From: an uncultured virus (IMG/VR IMGVR_UViG_3300006990_000013)
Taxonomy: Duplodnaviria; Heunggongvirae; Uroviricota; Caudoviricetes
Direction: 5' to 3' (one strand)
Virus record (IMG/VR): IMGVR_UViG_3300006990_000013
Span: 62,001-117,770 of that record
DNA: 55,770 nt
In this document: piece by piece, positions 1 to 10,071 of the stretch
How the letters are laid out: the number at the start of each line of letters is the position of its first letter
How positions within the stretch are numbered: the stretch's first letter is position 1
Notes under the pieces: generated by a model
What the model saw: the letters and a program-made list of their open reading frames with translations, nothing else
Databases searched by the model: none
What the model was told of the DNA's origin: nothing
Program-made: the position numbers and the translations under genes

Positions 1-2
1 CG

Positions 3-227
3 GAACATGATTACCAAGGGGTGATGCATGTTGATGGTACGTCTAGAGTCCAAGTCGTTAAAGACGATGGAAGCAACATGCGTAGAGTCCTAGAAGCGTG
101 GTATGAAAAAACTAAATGCCCTATGTTACTAAACACATCACTTAACATAAAGGGTAAACCTATCGTGAATAATGAACGAGATGCAAAAGAATTTGAAAAG
201 GTAACAAAGGTTCCAGTAGTAACATGA
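3..227 (+). CDS. Carbamoyltransferase (NodU/CmcH family), C-terminal fragment; begins upstream of the window
   Basis: HVDGTSRVQ and PMLLNTSLNIKGKPIV motifs; the frame is open back to the window edge; paralogous to the C-terminus of 11992..13590. Confidence 0.85.
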   Translation, partial: EHDYQGVMHVDGTSRVQVVKDDGSNMRRVLEAWYEKTKCPMLLNTSLNIKGKPIVNNERDAKEFEKVTKVPVVT

Positions 228-1012
228 TGCACATCTTAACACTAAAGGTTGGGAAAAAATATAGTTCACAATACGTGAATAAATTATACTTGTCTCTTAA
301 AGACAACTCAACTGCTCCTTTTAAGATGTACTGTTACACAGATGATCCAGAAGGTCTAATAGAAGACGTAGAAGTAATTTACAATCCGTTCATGAAGTTT
401 CTACTTCAGTGGAACAAGGTGGAGTTTCATTCCGCAGAATTTGGTGACATCCCACAAGGCGAACATTGTCTTATCATGGATATTGATCAGATTGTCATTG
501 GAGACTTTGATCCAATACTAACTCACCAACTTGAAGAAGGTCAGTTCGGATGTATGCGTAGATGGTGGTCTAGACTACAGGAAGACTGTCCAATCAACGG
601 TGGATTTCAGATGTTCCGTAAGGGAGACACTGATCACATATGGCAGAAATTTAATGCAGACTCAGATTTTTGGCAACAATATTATCTGAAGAATGGTCTG
701 GCATTCGGTAAAGTAAATGGTGAACAGAACTTTATTCACCAGTTCGCACAAGAGAACAGACATTGGTTTCCAAAAGAATGGTTTGGGAAGTATGACTCTG
801 ATCAAATGGAAGTGATACAGAAACAATGGATGGAAGAGGTCAATACATATGAACCGTTCTATCTTGGCGACGAGTTTGCTGAATCAGTTAAGTTGGTTCA
901 CTTCGCCGCCTCATATAATATGATGCATAAACAAAACCTCTATATTGTTAGAAAGTATTGGGGTGCAGGGGAATTTGATGCTAAGAGTTATTTGCGTACG
1001 CACAGGAAGTAA
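224..1012 (+). CDS. Putative glycosyltransferase (GT-A fold, phage type)
   Basis: N-terminal LKVGKKYSSQYVNKL, YCYTDD, W-N-K, DxD motif (MDIDQIV), GEQNFI. Confidence 0.65.
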   Translation: MMHILTLKVGKKYSSQYVNKLYLSLKDNSTAPFKMYCYTDDPEGLIEDVEVIYNPFMKFLLQWNKVEFHSAEFGDIPQGEHCLIMDIDQIVIGDFDPILTHQLEEGQFGCMRRWWSRLQEDCPINGGFQMFRKGDTDHIWQKFNADSDFWQQYYLKNGLAFGKVNGEQNFIHQFAQENRHWFPKEWFGKYDSDQMEVIQKQWMEEVNTYEPFYLGDEFAESVKLVHFAASYNMMHKQNLYIVRKYWGAGEFDAKSYLRTHRK

Positions 1013-1556
1013 GTATGATGAGTGGTATGAACACAACCTAAAACATATGGTTGACACGTACTCTGGTTTGAAGTATGATGAGTTCGTCTGTATTGATGAA
1101 GATCTCTATGATGACGAACGTGGTGTTTTTAACAAACTTCAAATGTTTGATAAATATAAGGACGGTCAAAACATCTTTTTTGATTTGGACGTTGTAATTA
1201 AAGGCGATTGTAATCACTTCTTGAGAGATGAGTTTACATTGTGTCACGCACATTGGCGTGAACCATTTCATACTCCTCTGAATAGTTCCATAGTTTCATG
1301 GAATGGAGATGCATCTCACGTAACTGAGGCATTTCACAAGGATGAAGAGTATTGTCTATTATTTTACAGAAGAGGAATCGATCAGTATATTTTTGAGAAT
1401 ACAAACTACGATATGTACTCAATAGAAGATAAATACGTATCATACCAAACTGTATTAGAAGAGACTGATGCGCCGGTATACTTATTTAACCAAAGATACA
1501 AAAACATGCAGAGAGATAAAGCATGGTTCTCAAAGTATCTATTAGAGAGAAAGTGA
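978..1556 (+). CDS. Putative glycosyltransferase, paralog of the upstream gene
   Basis: CVRTGSKY, FNKLQMF, FFDLDVVI (DxD), LNSSIVSW, GIDQYI; ATG at 978 preferred over the ORF-track start. Confidence 0.65.
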   Translation: MLRVICVRTGSKYDEWYEHNLKHMVDTYSGLKYDEFVCIDEDLYDDERGVFNKLQMFDKYKDGQNIFFDLDVVIKGDCNHFLRDEFTLCHAHWREPFHTPLNSSIVSWNGDASHVTEAFHKDEEYCLLFYRRGIDQYIFENTNYDMYSIEDKYVSYQTVLEETDAPVYLFNQRYKNMQRDKAWFSKYLLERK

Positions 1557-1561
1557 AATAA

Positions 1562-2203
1562 ATGTTTGAGACACTAGTTGTTGCAATACTGATCGGGATA
1601 GTGTGGAGTGAAATCATCTCTCACTTCGGCGCATCTATATTGTTGCACCGATACTACTGTCATAAACAATTCAAAGTCCCTGTCTGGTTTGAATGGGTTG
1701 GTTTGTTTATGTTATCTGTGGCGTACATTAGGACGCCTATTGGTTGGATTGCATCACATAGAATGCATCACCATCATTCAGATTCAGATAAAGACCCACA
1801 CAGTGCAAAGCATGTAGGGTTTTGGAAAGTACTATTGACAATATGGGACATCCCAAGCATACCAACAAAGTATGCAAAAGATTTGTTTGCAAACCCTAGA
1901 CTTGTTTTCTTTCACAATCATCATTTAAAAATTCTTATCGCACATAACGTTGTTGCGTTTCTAATCAGTCCTTACTTCTGGGTGGCATATGCACTTGTTC
2001 CATTCATCTTTGCGAAAGTCGGATTTGGTTTGTTGAATACAATCGGACATCGAACTGAGGGAGGCGCAAATGTCCCTTGGTTAAATTTCTTTATCGCTGG
2101 AGAAGGGTATCACAAGAATCACCACGAGAATTCCAAACGTGTAAGACTACACAAGTGGGATACTGGTGGATGGTTAGCTGAAAAATTATTTGTGAGAGAT
2201 TAA
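1562..2203 (+). CDS. Membrane fatty acid (delta-9-like) desaturase
   Basis: His boxes HRYYCH, HRMHH, (GEG)YHKNHH; DPHS motif; hydrophobic segments. Confidence 0.9.
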   Translation: MFETLVVAILIGIVWSEIISHFGASILLHRYYCHKQFKVPVWFEWVGLFMLSVAYIRTPIGWIASHRMHHHHSDSDKDPHSAKHVGFWKVLLTIWDIPSIPTKYAKDLFANPRLVFFHNHHLKILIAHNVVAFLISPYFWVAYALVPFIFAKVGFGLLNTIGHRTEGGANVPWLNFFIAGEGYHKNHHENSKRVRLHKWDTGGWLAEKLFVRD

Positions 2204-2206
2204 ATT

Positions 2207-3865
2207 ATGAAAATTCAGATGGGATCATTCAGTATCCCAAGAAGTTTGCCTTACATCCCCTATAGTTCTGCAGTCTTGGAATCTTATGTTAAGAACAGAG
2301 ACGATCCACCTGCCTGCGAATTTTTAGAACCCATCTACAAATACGATGACATACCAGATCCAGAATGTGAAATTTTGGGTCTGACTTGTTATGTCTGGTC
2401 GCAAGATCACGTCGATCAAATCGCCAAGGATCACAAAGAGAAATATCCGAACTGTACAATCATGTATGGTGGCCCGAACATTCCTGTATCTCCCACTGAG
2501 TGGTTGAAGTACGAGGGAGAACGTCCTTGGGTAGATGTATTTGTCGCAGGTTCTGGTGAAGAGATCTTTGTGCAGTTGTTGAAAGAGTATCCAGACTTTA
2601 CTCAGAAGTGGTATAAACTGGAGAAAGATGTAAAGCGTTACACATACGAAACTCCAACACCTTACGTGGATGGCACGTTAGATAAGTTCCTCAAACGGAA
2701 AGATGAAAAGTTTGTTGCAGTATTAGAAACCAATCGTGGTTGTCCTTTCAAGTGTGCGTATTGCGACTGGGGAGATGCGACTGGTGGTAAGGTTTCTAAG
2801 TATGATGGAGATGTCAACTACAAGACACTCGACTTGATCATGGATTCAGAAGCGATGACAGGTATTAAGATCATCGATGCAAACTGGGGAATGTACGAGC
2901 GTGACCTAGACATGACAAAGTACATGAGAGACCACAAGAGAGAAGATGTGTTTGTCAGTTTGTGTGGTACTGCAAAGAACAGTATCAAATATGTACCAGA
3001 GATTTCTAAGATCTTCTTCCAAGATAACTTCGCTGCAGAGAGTGGTCACTGGACTCCTCTGAAGTTGGGTATCCAATCTTGGTCGGAAAAGACACTGGCA
3101 TATAATGATCGTTCAAACATCAAAACATCTCAGTTAGAATATCTACTCAATTACTATAAAGACAATGACATTCCTTACCACAGTGAATTGATCCTTGGTC
3201 TGCCTGGCGAAACACCAGAGTCGTGGTTGTACACGTTAGACAAAGATCATGGACACGGTGTGGAGACTCAAGCGTTCCATGCATTAGAAGCGGTTCCTAA
3301 TATGCCTCTCTTGTTAGACCATAGAGAAGAGTATGAACTGGAGTTGCATTCCGCATATGCCCTGAGAGAGAATATCTATTCTGTTCATCCTAAGTTTTAT
3401 CACAGGAATAGAGACTTGGTGTATGATGACTTCAATGAAAACGTCGATAAAACAAAGATTGTTAGAAAAGATCTTATCAATTCATGTTTTTCGTTTTCAC
3501 ATGAAGAACTGTTGACCATGTACGACTATACTTGGTGGATGAATACCTTTAACAACACGAAACTATTACCAGACATAAAGAAACCGAGCGAAGACATTCT
3601 ACGGTTCTTTGATAACTTGGACAAGATGCCTTTCTGGAAATCACGAGTCGAAGAACATCGTGCGCACTGGAGAGAAGCAATGATCGAAGGAAAGATCCTT
3701 AGTGCTGGGTCTTTGCGTTACTGGTTCCACACAATGTTTCGTGCAGACGAACTAATGTATGTTGGTGAAAACTTTGAACAAGCACAAGACGAAATGGGAA
3801 GAAAGTTTCGTCCGTTCAAAAAATCTTTGAGAGTTTACGATTATGAATATACCATTCCTCACTAA
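2207..3865 (+). CDS. B12-binding-domain radical SAM enzyme
   Basis: ETNRGCPFKCAYCDWG (CxxxCxxC); N-terminal YVWS...GGPN...GSGEE cobalamin-binding-like segment; ELILGLPGET. Confidence 0.85.
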   Translation: MKIQMGSFSIPRSLPYIPYSSAVLESYVKNRDDPPACEFLEPIYKYDDIPDPECEILGLTCYVWSQDHVDQIAKDHKEKYPNCTIMYGGPNIPVSPTEWLKYEGERPWVDVFVAGSGEEIFVQLLKEYPDFTQKWYKLEKDVKRYTYETPTPYVDGTLDKFLKRKDEKFVAVLETNRGCPFKCAYCDWGDATGGKVSKYDGDVNYKTLDLIMDSEAMTGIKIIDANWGMYERDLDMTKYMRDHKREDVFVSLCGTAKNSIKYVPEISKIFFQDNFAAESGHWTPLKLGIQSWSEKTLAYNDRSNIKTSQLEYLLNYYKDNDIPYHSELILGLPGETPESWLYTLDKDHGHGVETQAFHALEAVPNMPLLLDHREEYELELHSAYALRENIYSVHPKFYHRNRDLVYDDFNENVDKTKIVRKDLINSCFSFSHEELLTMYDYTWWMNTFNNTKLLPDIKKPSEDILRFFDNLDKMPFWKSRVEEHRAHWREAMIEGKILSAGSLRYWFHTMFRADELMYVGENFEQAQDEMGRKFRPFKKSLRVYDYEYTIPH

Positions 3866-4559
3866 ACCTTCTGTTAAGTTCTATTCCGAAGAACCTATCA
3901 TCACAGAAGAGTATCCTATCTACCCTGCGAAACAATATAAACGCAAATGGGTAAAGAACTGCGCTAGTGCATTTCAAAAGTACCGTAAGGTTACTGATGG
4001 ACGTGCATCTGTTATCTCTGCAGTCAAATGTCCTGGCATCCGTAATATTATGGAAGAGGGATGGATCGCACAGACGTGGCATGATTTCACTATTGAAACA
4101 AAAAGTGACGGATATGAAATATTCTATCCAAATGCGATGAAAGACTTTCTCAAAAGAATTGAATATAAACATCGTCCCATCGAAGTATTCGATACACGAA
4201 AAGGCCCAATGAAAGTTCCCACAGGGCGCAATCACAATCATATATTTAAGATTCATATTCCGTATTGTTTCGACATTCCAAATGGATATGAGTTGAGAAT
4301 ATTACCAGTTGCATATGATGACAACCCTCAGTTCACTGCATGTGCAGGTTCTTGTGAAGGGTTCCAGTCAGAATTTAATATTCATATTTTCTGGCACACT
4401 CCAGAAGGTCGTGTAACGATTCCCGCTGGAACGCCTCTTTGTCAGATTGTTCCCATGCGTAAAGAGAAGATAAAGATAGAGACAGGGATCGCAGATGAAC
4501 CGACACTCAAAAGGTCGAGGAGAAACCTATTACATAGGAGTAATAAGTTTACACTATGA
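3843..4559 (+). CDS. Conserved phage protein (DUF6065-like)
   Basis: KCPGI, P-x-GY, TIPAGTPLCQIVP motifs typical of this family in marine phages. Confidence 0.5.
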   Translation: MNIPFLTKPSVKFYSEEPIITEEYPIYPAKQYKRKWVKNCASAFQKYRKVTDGRASVISAVKCPGIRNIMEEGWIAQTWHDFTIETKSDGYEIFYPNAMKDFLKRIEYKHRPIEVFDTRKGPMKVPTGRNHNHIFKIHIPYCFDIPNGYELRILPVAYDDNPQFTACAGSCEGFQSEFNIHIFWHTPEGRVTIPAGTPLCQIVPMRKEKIKIETGIADEPTLKRSRRNLLHRSNKFTL

Positions 4560-5155
4560 GTTATTCGAAATTATCCCTACACAAAAAACTTGATCTACCT
4601 TCTCACACTTTTACAACTACCGAACCAAGTCCAGAAATCGAATACCTGTTTGACAAGGTTGGTTCGTTGAATGATTACAAAAGAAGATCCCACAACTACG
4701 TGGTAGACAAGACTTTAAAAAAACGAACACTGGCGTATTCAGTTACGACAGTAAACGAGCAACCTGTATTAGGTTCTCTTGCATGGACACGCCCTCTATA
4801 CAATGGTGTCATAAGACTTTGTACACGATATTGTATAGATCCAGAATGGGCGCATCTGAACTTTGGAAAGGGTACAGATGGAATGAGACTAGATACGATG
4901 GATCATATAATACAACAACTGAAAGTTTGTCAAGAACTAGGACACAATGACTTCTTTGTTGGGCGTAATGATAAGTCTAGAGGTCGTCGTTCTCAAAAAA
5001 TTGCAAAACAGATAAGTAAGTATACAGGTATAGATTGGAAGGTATCTGACACAGAAGTCTTGTGTTCTATGGGTATCGAAGATGACCAATCGTGGCAATA
5101 TATAATTTATAATGGAAGGAAGGATTTTAATTATGAAAGTGAGTTCAAGAGGTAA
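4556..5155 (+). CDS. Hypothetical protein (possibly GNAT-like)
   Basis: ATGA-coupled ORF in the operon; RLCTRYCIDP segment weakly GNAT-like. Confidence 0.45.
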   Translation: MSYSKLSLHKKLDLPSHTFTTTEPSPEIEYLFDKVGSLNDYKRRSHNYVVDKTLKKRTLAYSVTTVNEQPVLGSLAWTRPLYNGVIRLCTRYCIDPEWAHLNFGKGTDGMRLDTMDHIIQQLKVCQELGHNDFFVGRNDKSRGRRSQKIAKQISKYTGIDWKVSDTEVLCSMGIEDDQSWQYIIYNGRKDFNYESEFKR

Positions 5156-6167
5156 CTACTCAGTATACATCGATGATGTGAACTTTGACGAAATGACAGA
5201 TGACCAATGGATGGAGATCGGCAAGATCCACATGGCAAATCTGGTTACTATTATTCGCAACTGTAATGTAAAACAAACAGAAGCGGCGAAGTATGTGAAC
5301 AAATGGGGCCCGTCCCGATACAGTGGGATGTATTATATCTGTTCAAACTATCCAGATCTAACTGCAAAAGAAATCATTTCATTGTCACTAAAGGGCGATG
5401 ATAGAATTGCAGACTATCATCGTGCGTTGGTAAAAAACCGTTTCAAAACAAAAGGCCCTGCAGGGACACAACGAGTCACTGACATCAAAGATAAGAAAGG
5501 TGACCACACAGGCATCTTCCCTGATGGTGAATTGAAGTGGCACAGTAACGAGGCAGGGAATCATATCTTTGCGCCTGGCGTTGCGTTGTTGGGTGTACAG
5601 AACATGAAGGGATCATCTACTGGGTTCCTTGAAACTGCAACATTCTACGAAGAGTGTTCTGAGACTTTACGTTCTGAGTTGGATGACATGATTTGTATTC
5701 ATCGTCACAAGCCTGGCATGTTGCACGTCAAAGACTTGGGTGATCAAGACGAAATGATGCGTATTAACATGAACCCTGAGAATGAGACTTATATCCCTAT
5801 GGTGATTCAGTCGCCTGGCGGTATTCGTGGTATGCATTACTCTATCAATACTGTAGACGGTATTGTCGGTATGTCACAGTCAGAAAGTGATAAGTTTTTT
5901 GAGATGATCAACGAAGAGTTGATGCGTCACGCATGGGATCACTGGTACGAGAATGATAACGATTGGTTGTTCTTTGACAACAGTATCACTAATCACCGTA
6001 GACTTGGTGAAGTGAAAGACAGACTTGGGCTACGAGTCCAACACGGTTATGAGAATATTGAGATTGAAAACTACAATCCCTACTTCCAAGAAGAACACGC
6101 AAAAATATATACAGAACGTCTAGCGGAGTTAAAAGAATTCAATGAGAACCATTTTGGCGCAGGTTAA
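5133..6167 (+). CDS. TauD/TfdA-family Fe(II)/2-oxoglutarate dioxygenase-like protein
   Basis: ELKWHSNE, TGFLET, DWLFFDNSITNHRR motifs. Confidence 0.75.
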   Translation: MKVSSRGNYSVYIDDVNFDEMTDDQWMEIGKIHMANLVTIIRNCNVKQTEAAKYVNKWGPSRYSGMYYICSNYPDLTAKEIISLSLKGDDRIADYHRALVKNRFKTKGPAGTQRVTDIKDKKGDHTGIFPDGELKWHSNEAGNHIFAPGVALLGVQNMKGSSTGFLETATFYEECSETLRSELDDMICIHRHKPGMLHVKDLGDQDEMMRINMNPENETYIPMVIQSPGGIRGMHYSINTVDGIVGMSQSESDKFFEMINEELMRHAWDHWYENDNDWLFFDNSITNHRRLGEVKDRLGLRVQHGYENIEIENYNPYFQEEHAKIYTERLAELKEFNENHFGAG

Positions 6168-6939
6168 GTCTTTTCATAACATAAAATTACTGAGGGGAGT
6201 CCAATATCTTAGTTGGGCTTCCGTTCCGTTTGTCTTGGTCTATCCTTCGACGTTCAGTCTGCCTGCATTTCTTGTTGGTGTGTTCTTCATTACTATGTTG
6301 GGTTCGTCTGCAGGGTTGCATCGATACTTTGGACACAAATCGTTTAAGACTGGAAAGTTGAGACACTGGTTTCTTGGTCTTGTAACGACATTGTCCACAC
6401 AGGGATCTATTCCATTCTGGGTACAATACCATCGTGCACACCACGTCTTTACTGACACAGAGGACGATCCGATATCACCCACCTTCGTGGGGTTCTGGAA
6501 ATCCTTCTTCTCTATTCAAGACATCAACAGTTACAAAGGCATCAGTCCTAAAAACATTGCAAGGGAGATGAGAGACCCTGCAGTGAAATTTTTTCATGAG
6601 TGGTACTGGATTATTATCTTGACATACGTTTTGATTCTTGGTATAATAGAGCCAACGCTTTTGATAAATGCTTATTTGCTGCCTGTGTTCATGATCAGGT
6701 TCACCTTTGGGCTTCAGAATACATTTGGGCATGGTATACCTGTTTTCTTTGGATACCGTAACCACGAGACGAAAGATAAGAGTTTGAACAGCATCTTTGT
6801 AAATATCATCACGTTTGCACTGGGAGAGACACTCCATAACAATCACCATGCAAACCCTGCAAAATACAACTATCAGGAAAGATGGTATGAACTGGACTTG
6901 ACAGGATTTGTAATTAAAAGGTTTTTCTCAATTGTATAA
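6142..6939 (+). CDS. Second membrane fatty acid desaturase
   Basis: GLHRYFGHKSF, HRAHH..TD..DP.SP, NTFGH, GETLHNNHH. Confidence 0.9.
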   Translation: MRTILAQVKSFHNIKLLRGVQYLSWASVPFVLVYPSTFSLPAFLVGVFFITMLGSSAGLHRYFGHKSFKTGKLRHWFLGLVTTLSTQGSIPFWVQYHRAHHVFTDTEDDPISPTFVGFWKSFFSIQDINSYKGISPKNIAREMRDPAVKFFHEWYWIIILTYVLILGIIEPTLLINAYLLPVFMIRFTFGLQNTFGHGIPVFFGYRNHETKDKSLNSIFVNIITFALGETLHNNHHANPAKYNYQERWYELDLTGFVIKRFFSIV

Positions 6940-7492
6940 CATATTTGTTACTGGTCATACAAGTGGTATTGGTAAGGCTATTTACGATCATTTAGATAGT
7001 CAAGGGTATCATGTAGAAGGTGGTAGTAGATCTAACAATTGGGATATCACTAAGGAAACAACTGCGAACTATATCAAGGATAAGTTTGACGTTCTGATTA
7101 ACAATGCATATCATTCAGACGGACAAGTTAAACTCTTGAAGAACGTATATAATGGGTGGCAGAAAAAGAAAAAGACCATTATCAATATTGGTAGTTGGCA
7201 CAAAGACCATTTATCTGGTCGTCCCTTTTCTTCTCTCAACTATAACGTAGATAAGAAAGCATTAGAGACGTACAGTTTTTGGATCGCTGCAAACGATGAC
7301 ACCTGTCGTAGTATGATGTACAACGTTGGGTTTGTAGACACCCCTACGTCAAGGAAACACATGGACGGTTGGTCTGAAGAAAAACAGAAAGAAGTCTTGA
7401 CTCGATGTATGGATCCCAAAGTGATTGCAAGAACAATACAATTTATGATAGAGAATGAATATAATATTAAGGAACTGACACACCATGCCTAA
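6932..7492 (+). CDS. Short-chain dehydrogenase/reductase
   Basis: VTGHTSGIG, DVLINNA, IINIGS, YxxxK (YNVDK). Confidence 0.85.
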   Translation: MYNIFVTGHTSGIGKAIYDHLDSQGYHVEGGSRSNNWDITKETTANYIKDKFDVLINNAYHSDGQVKLLKNVYNGWQKKKKTIINIGSWHKDHLSGRPFSSLNYNVDKKALETYSFWIAANDDTCRSMMYNVGFVDTPTSRKHMDGWSEEKQKEVLTRCMDPKVIARTIQFMIENEYNIKELTHHA

Positions 7493-8363
7493 ACTAAAAT
7501 CTACACCTTTCTTTGTTTGTCCAGAGAGAACATGTGGAACTGTTCTTTTTCAAGAGATGAAAAAACACGTAGAACAGAAATATAATCTCAAGAGTGGTCA
7601 CACTGGAGATAACCTGCCCTTCAACGATTTCTTTTTAGACTATAGTACTGACTACAGTTTCCACACAAAGAAATCGGCGGAAGAAGTCAACACTGAGTTA
7701 CAACTCGTTAGAAAAGGAGATGACATCACTGTCCAACAAGTATTCCCTTGGTTATTCAGATCGAAAAAAGATCGTGCAATGCATAAGGTAAATGTGTTGA
7801 GACAGTTGAAGGAAGATGGTATAGAGTTTAATGTGAAGGCAACTTCCTCTATCACATATGTCTTAGAAGAATGTATGGAACTCTATAAAGATAGAACTTG
7901 GGTCATCACCCTTCGTAGAAATGTATTGGATCATCTGAAGAGTTACGCTATCTGGTACGAACACCAGAAACACATGAGTGGTAGAAATGTGGACTGGCAG
8001 TTTGTGGAAAGACTGATGAACAGAAAAGATAAGATTCAGATTTCCAATCACAGCTGGGATCATGTCGGTATCTTCTTTGAAGAGTTATACAACATCTATG
8101 GGTTGCCAGATATATTAGATGCAAACCACATCGACTATCAGGTTCTTTACTATGAGGATATCATAGATGAGAAGACTCGACACAGTTATATAAATCATAT
8201 GTTCTTGTCTGATGCGTGGAACAAGAATCAACCTGATAATATTGATAAAATCGTACCTAAAAGAATCGAAAAAGATTACGAAAATATTATGAAAGATCCT
8301 GAACGATTTAACCGAAGAATAAATAGCATCGTATGGCCAGAAATGAATGGTGGCCTTAAATAA
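7485..8363 (+). CDS. Sulfotransferase-like protein
   Basis: PERTCGT PAPS-loop-like motif, ITLRRN.L...S, LYYED. Confidence 0.5.
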   Translation: MPKLKSTPFFVCPERTCGTVLFQEMKKHVEQKYNLKSGHTGDNLPFNDFFLDYSTDYSFHTKKSAEEVNTELQLVRKGDDITVQQVFPWLFRSKKDRAMHKVNVLRQLKEDGIEFNVKATSSITYVLEECMELYKDRTWVITLRRNVLDHLKSYAIWYEHQKHMSGRNVDWQFVERLMNRKDKIQISNHSWDHVGIFFEELYNIYGLPDILDANHIDYQVLYYEDIIDEKTRHSYINHMFLSDAWNKNQPDNIDKIVPKRIEKDYENIMKDPERFNRRINSIVWPEMNGGLK

Positions 8364-8374
8364 AGGGTAAACAC

Positions 8375-9193
8375 ATGGAAATGAAAAAAAGACAACATTT
8401 GCCTTTGATGGCAAAACTAAATTTTAAAGTGGATATCGATAAACTACTCAAAGAGTTCTATGAGTTTGGTTACGATAACTTTGACATGTATAATGGACTG
8501 AGTTATGGTAATAACACAGAAGATGGTCTTGTTGTTCGTCGTGTCCTTTTAGAATATTTCCTTACTGATGAAGAGAAGGAAGCAAGAAAAGATAAACTCG
8601 TCGCAGACGGTGGTGAAGCATATAAGATGTTGTGTCTCACAGAGTTCAATGGTGATCCAGAGAAACATAACAAAAACCTTGCACAACAGTTAGAGGGTAC
8701 TGATCTATCACCTCAACAGTTTGCGAGACGTATGGAGAAGATCAGTGATCCTTCTCATCCAAACTATACACCTATTGCCGACGAGAAACTATACGACAAA
8801 CGCAACGAGTTCTGTAAAGGATACGTAGACGAAGTACTTAACATGATCGAAGAGAATATCGGTCACGTTGCACGTACACGTTACGCTGTTCTTAAAGCAG
8901 GAGAGGAAATCAAACCTCACCTAGACATTAACACAGACAAAGCGGTTCGTATTCATATTCCACTGATCACACATGAGAATGCAGTGATTGGTACTAAGGG
9001 TAAAAAACGCACATATGAAATGCATCTGCCTGCAGATGGAAGTGTGTGGTTCCTAAATCAAGGTTACGAACACTGGGTCAAGAACGATAGTGATGTGGAC
9101 AGAGTTCACCTCGTCGTTGTTGTCACAGGACAGAAGGGTATCCTTGAGGCAGATGAACAGTACTGGGATAAAGAAGAACTAGTCGCAGCCTAA
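8375..9193 (+). CDS. Aspartyl/asparaginyl beta-hydroxylase-domain (2OG-Fe) protein
   Basis: IKPHLD, RIHIPLIT, HWVKNDSDVDRVHLVV. Confidence 0.8.
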   Translation: MEMKKRQHLPLMAKLNFKVDIDKLLKEFYEFGYDNFDMYNGLSYGNNTEDGLVVRRVLLEYFLTDEEKEARKDKLVADGGEAYKMLCLTEFNGDPEKHNKNLAQQLEGTDLSPQQFARRMEKISDPSHPNYTPIADEKLYDKRNEFCKGYVDEVLNMIEENIGHVARTRYAVLKAGEEIKPHLDINTDKAVRIHIPLITHENAVIGTKGKKRTYEMHLPADGSVWFLNQGYEHWVKNDSDVDRVHLVVVVTGQKGILEADEQYWDKEELVAA

Positions 9194-10068
9194 TGTTATA
9201 TGTCCTTTGTACAAGCAAACCTTCTGATGGTTTGCTTCATTATAGTTATGAATATACACATAAATTAAACGAAGCGGGAATGGAGACAAAGTGTCTCTTT
9301 TTCCCTTCCGAAGGTTTTACTAAACAAGATTACATAGATGCGATAAACAATAAGTATCGGGTCTATGATCATGTCATGTTCGATGACGAAATTGTGACCG
9401 TTTGGGATCATGATGGGTGTTTCATTTTGAACAGGTCAATGGTCACCCTGCCGTACCACAATCGCAAAAAGTACACAGAGAAACAACGGTTCATACTCAG
9501 TGAGTTATGCAACAAATTGATCTCGACTTACTCCACCAACCATCCAGAACAAGCATATCAGGCTGCATTAATGTATTTTAATGCAAATTATGTTGTTGAC
9601 ATTTGTGATAAAGAAGTGTATAATGATGGTGTTGGTGAAAATTTTGAGAAGCGTATTAACTTTTCTCTGTACAAAGACATTGTCCACGAACCAGTTTGTG
9701 AACACTTGTTCCTTGGTACGAACAGAGAATACTATGATACGGTTCTTGGACAGTATGAAAATTATGCAGATCCAGCAGTGATTGTATATGAGAATCAGAA
9801 GGGACTAGAAGTATTCAGACATGATTTGAAACACATCTACGTTCCAGTTGACAACCTGTGTGGTCTGTTCGAGAAGTATGTTTACACCAAGACTGCATTT
9901 GATCCAGCGCCAAGACTTTTGCAAGAATGCAAGTACTATGGCAAGGAACTGATCTACGCAAGAGATCCGTCTATGGTAGACGGTGGTAGTGTCTATTATA
10001 AACGTGATCTGAAAGAACCAGATCTTACAGCGGTGTTTAACGCCATTGATATATTGAAGAGGAAGTAA
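9193..10068 (+). CDS. Hypothetical protein (possibly a divergent glycosyltransferase)
   Basis: Long ORF, TAATG-coupled; FDPAPRLLQECKYYGK resembles a degenerate GT-B C-terminal motif. Confidence 0.5.
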   Translation: MLYVLCTSKPSDGLLHYSYEYTHKLNEAGMETKCLFFPSEGFTKQDYIDAINNKYRVYDHVMFDDEIVTVWDHDGCFILNRSMVTLPYHNRKKYTEKQRFILSELCNKLISTYSTNHPEQAYQAALMYFNANYVVDICDKEVYNDGVGENFEKRINFSLYKDIVHEPVCEHLFLGTNREYYDTVLGQYENYADPAVIVYENQKGLEVFRHDLKHIYVPVDNLCGLFEKYVYTKTAFDPAPRLLQECKYYGKELIYARDPSMVDGGSVYYKRDLKEPDLTAVFNAIDILKRK

Positions 10069-10071
10069 AAA

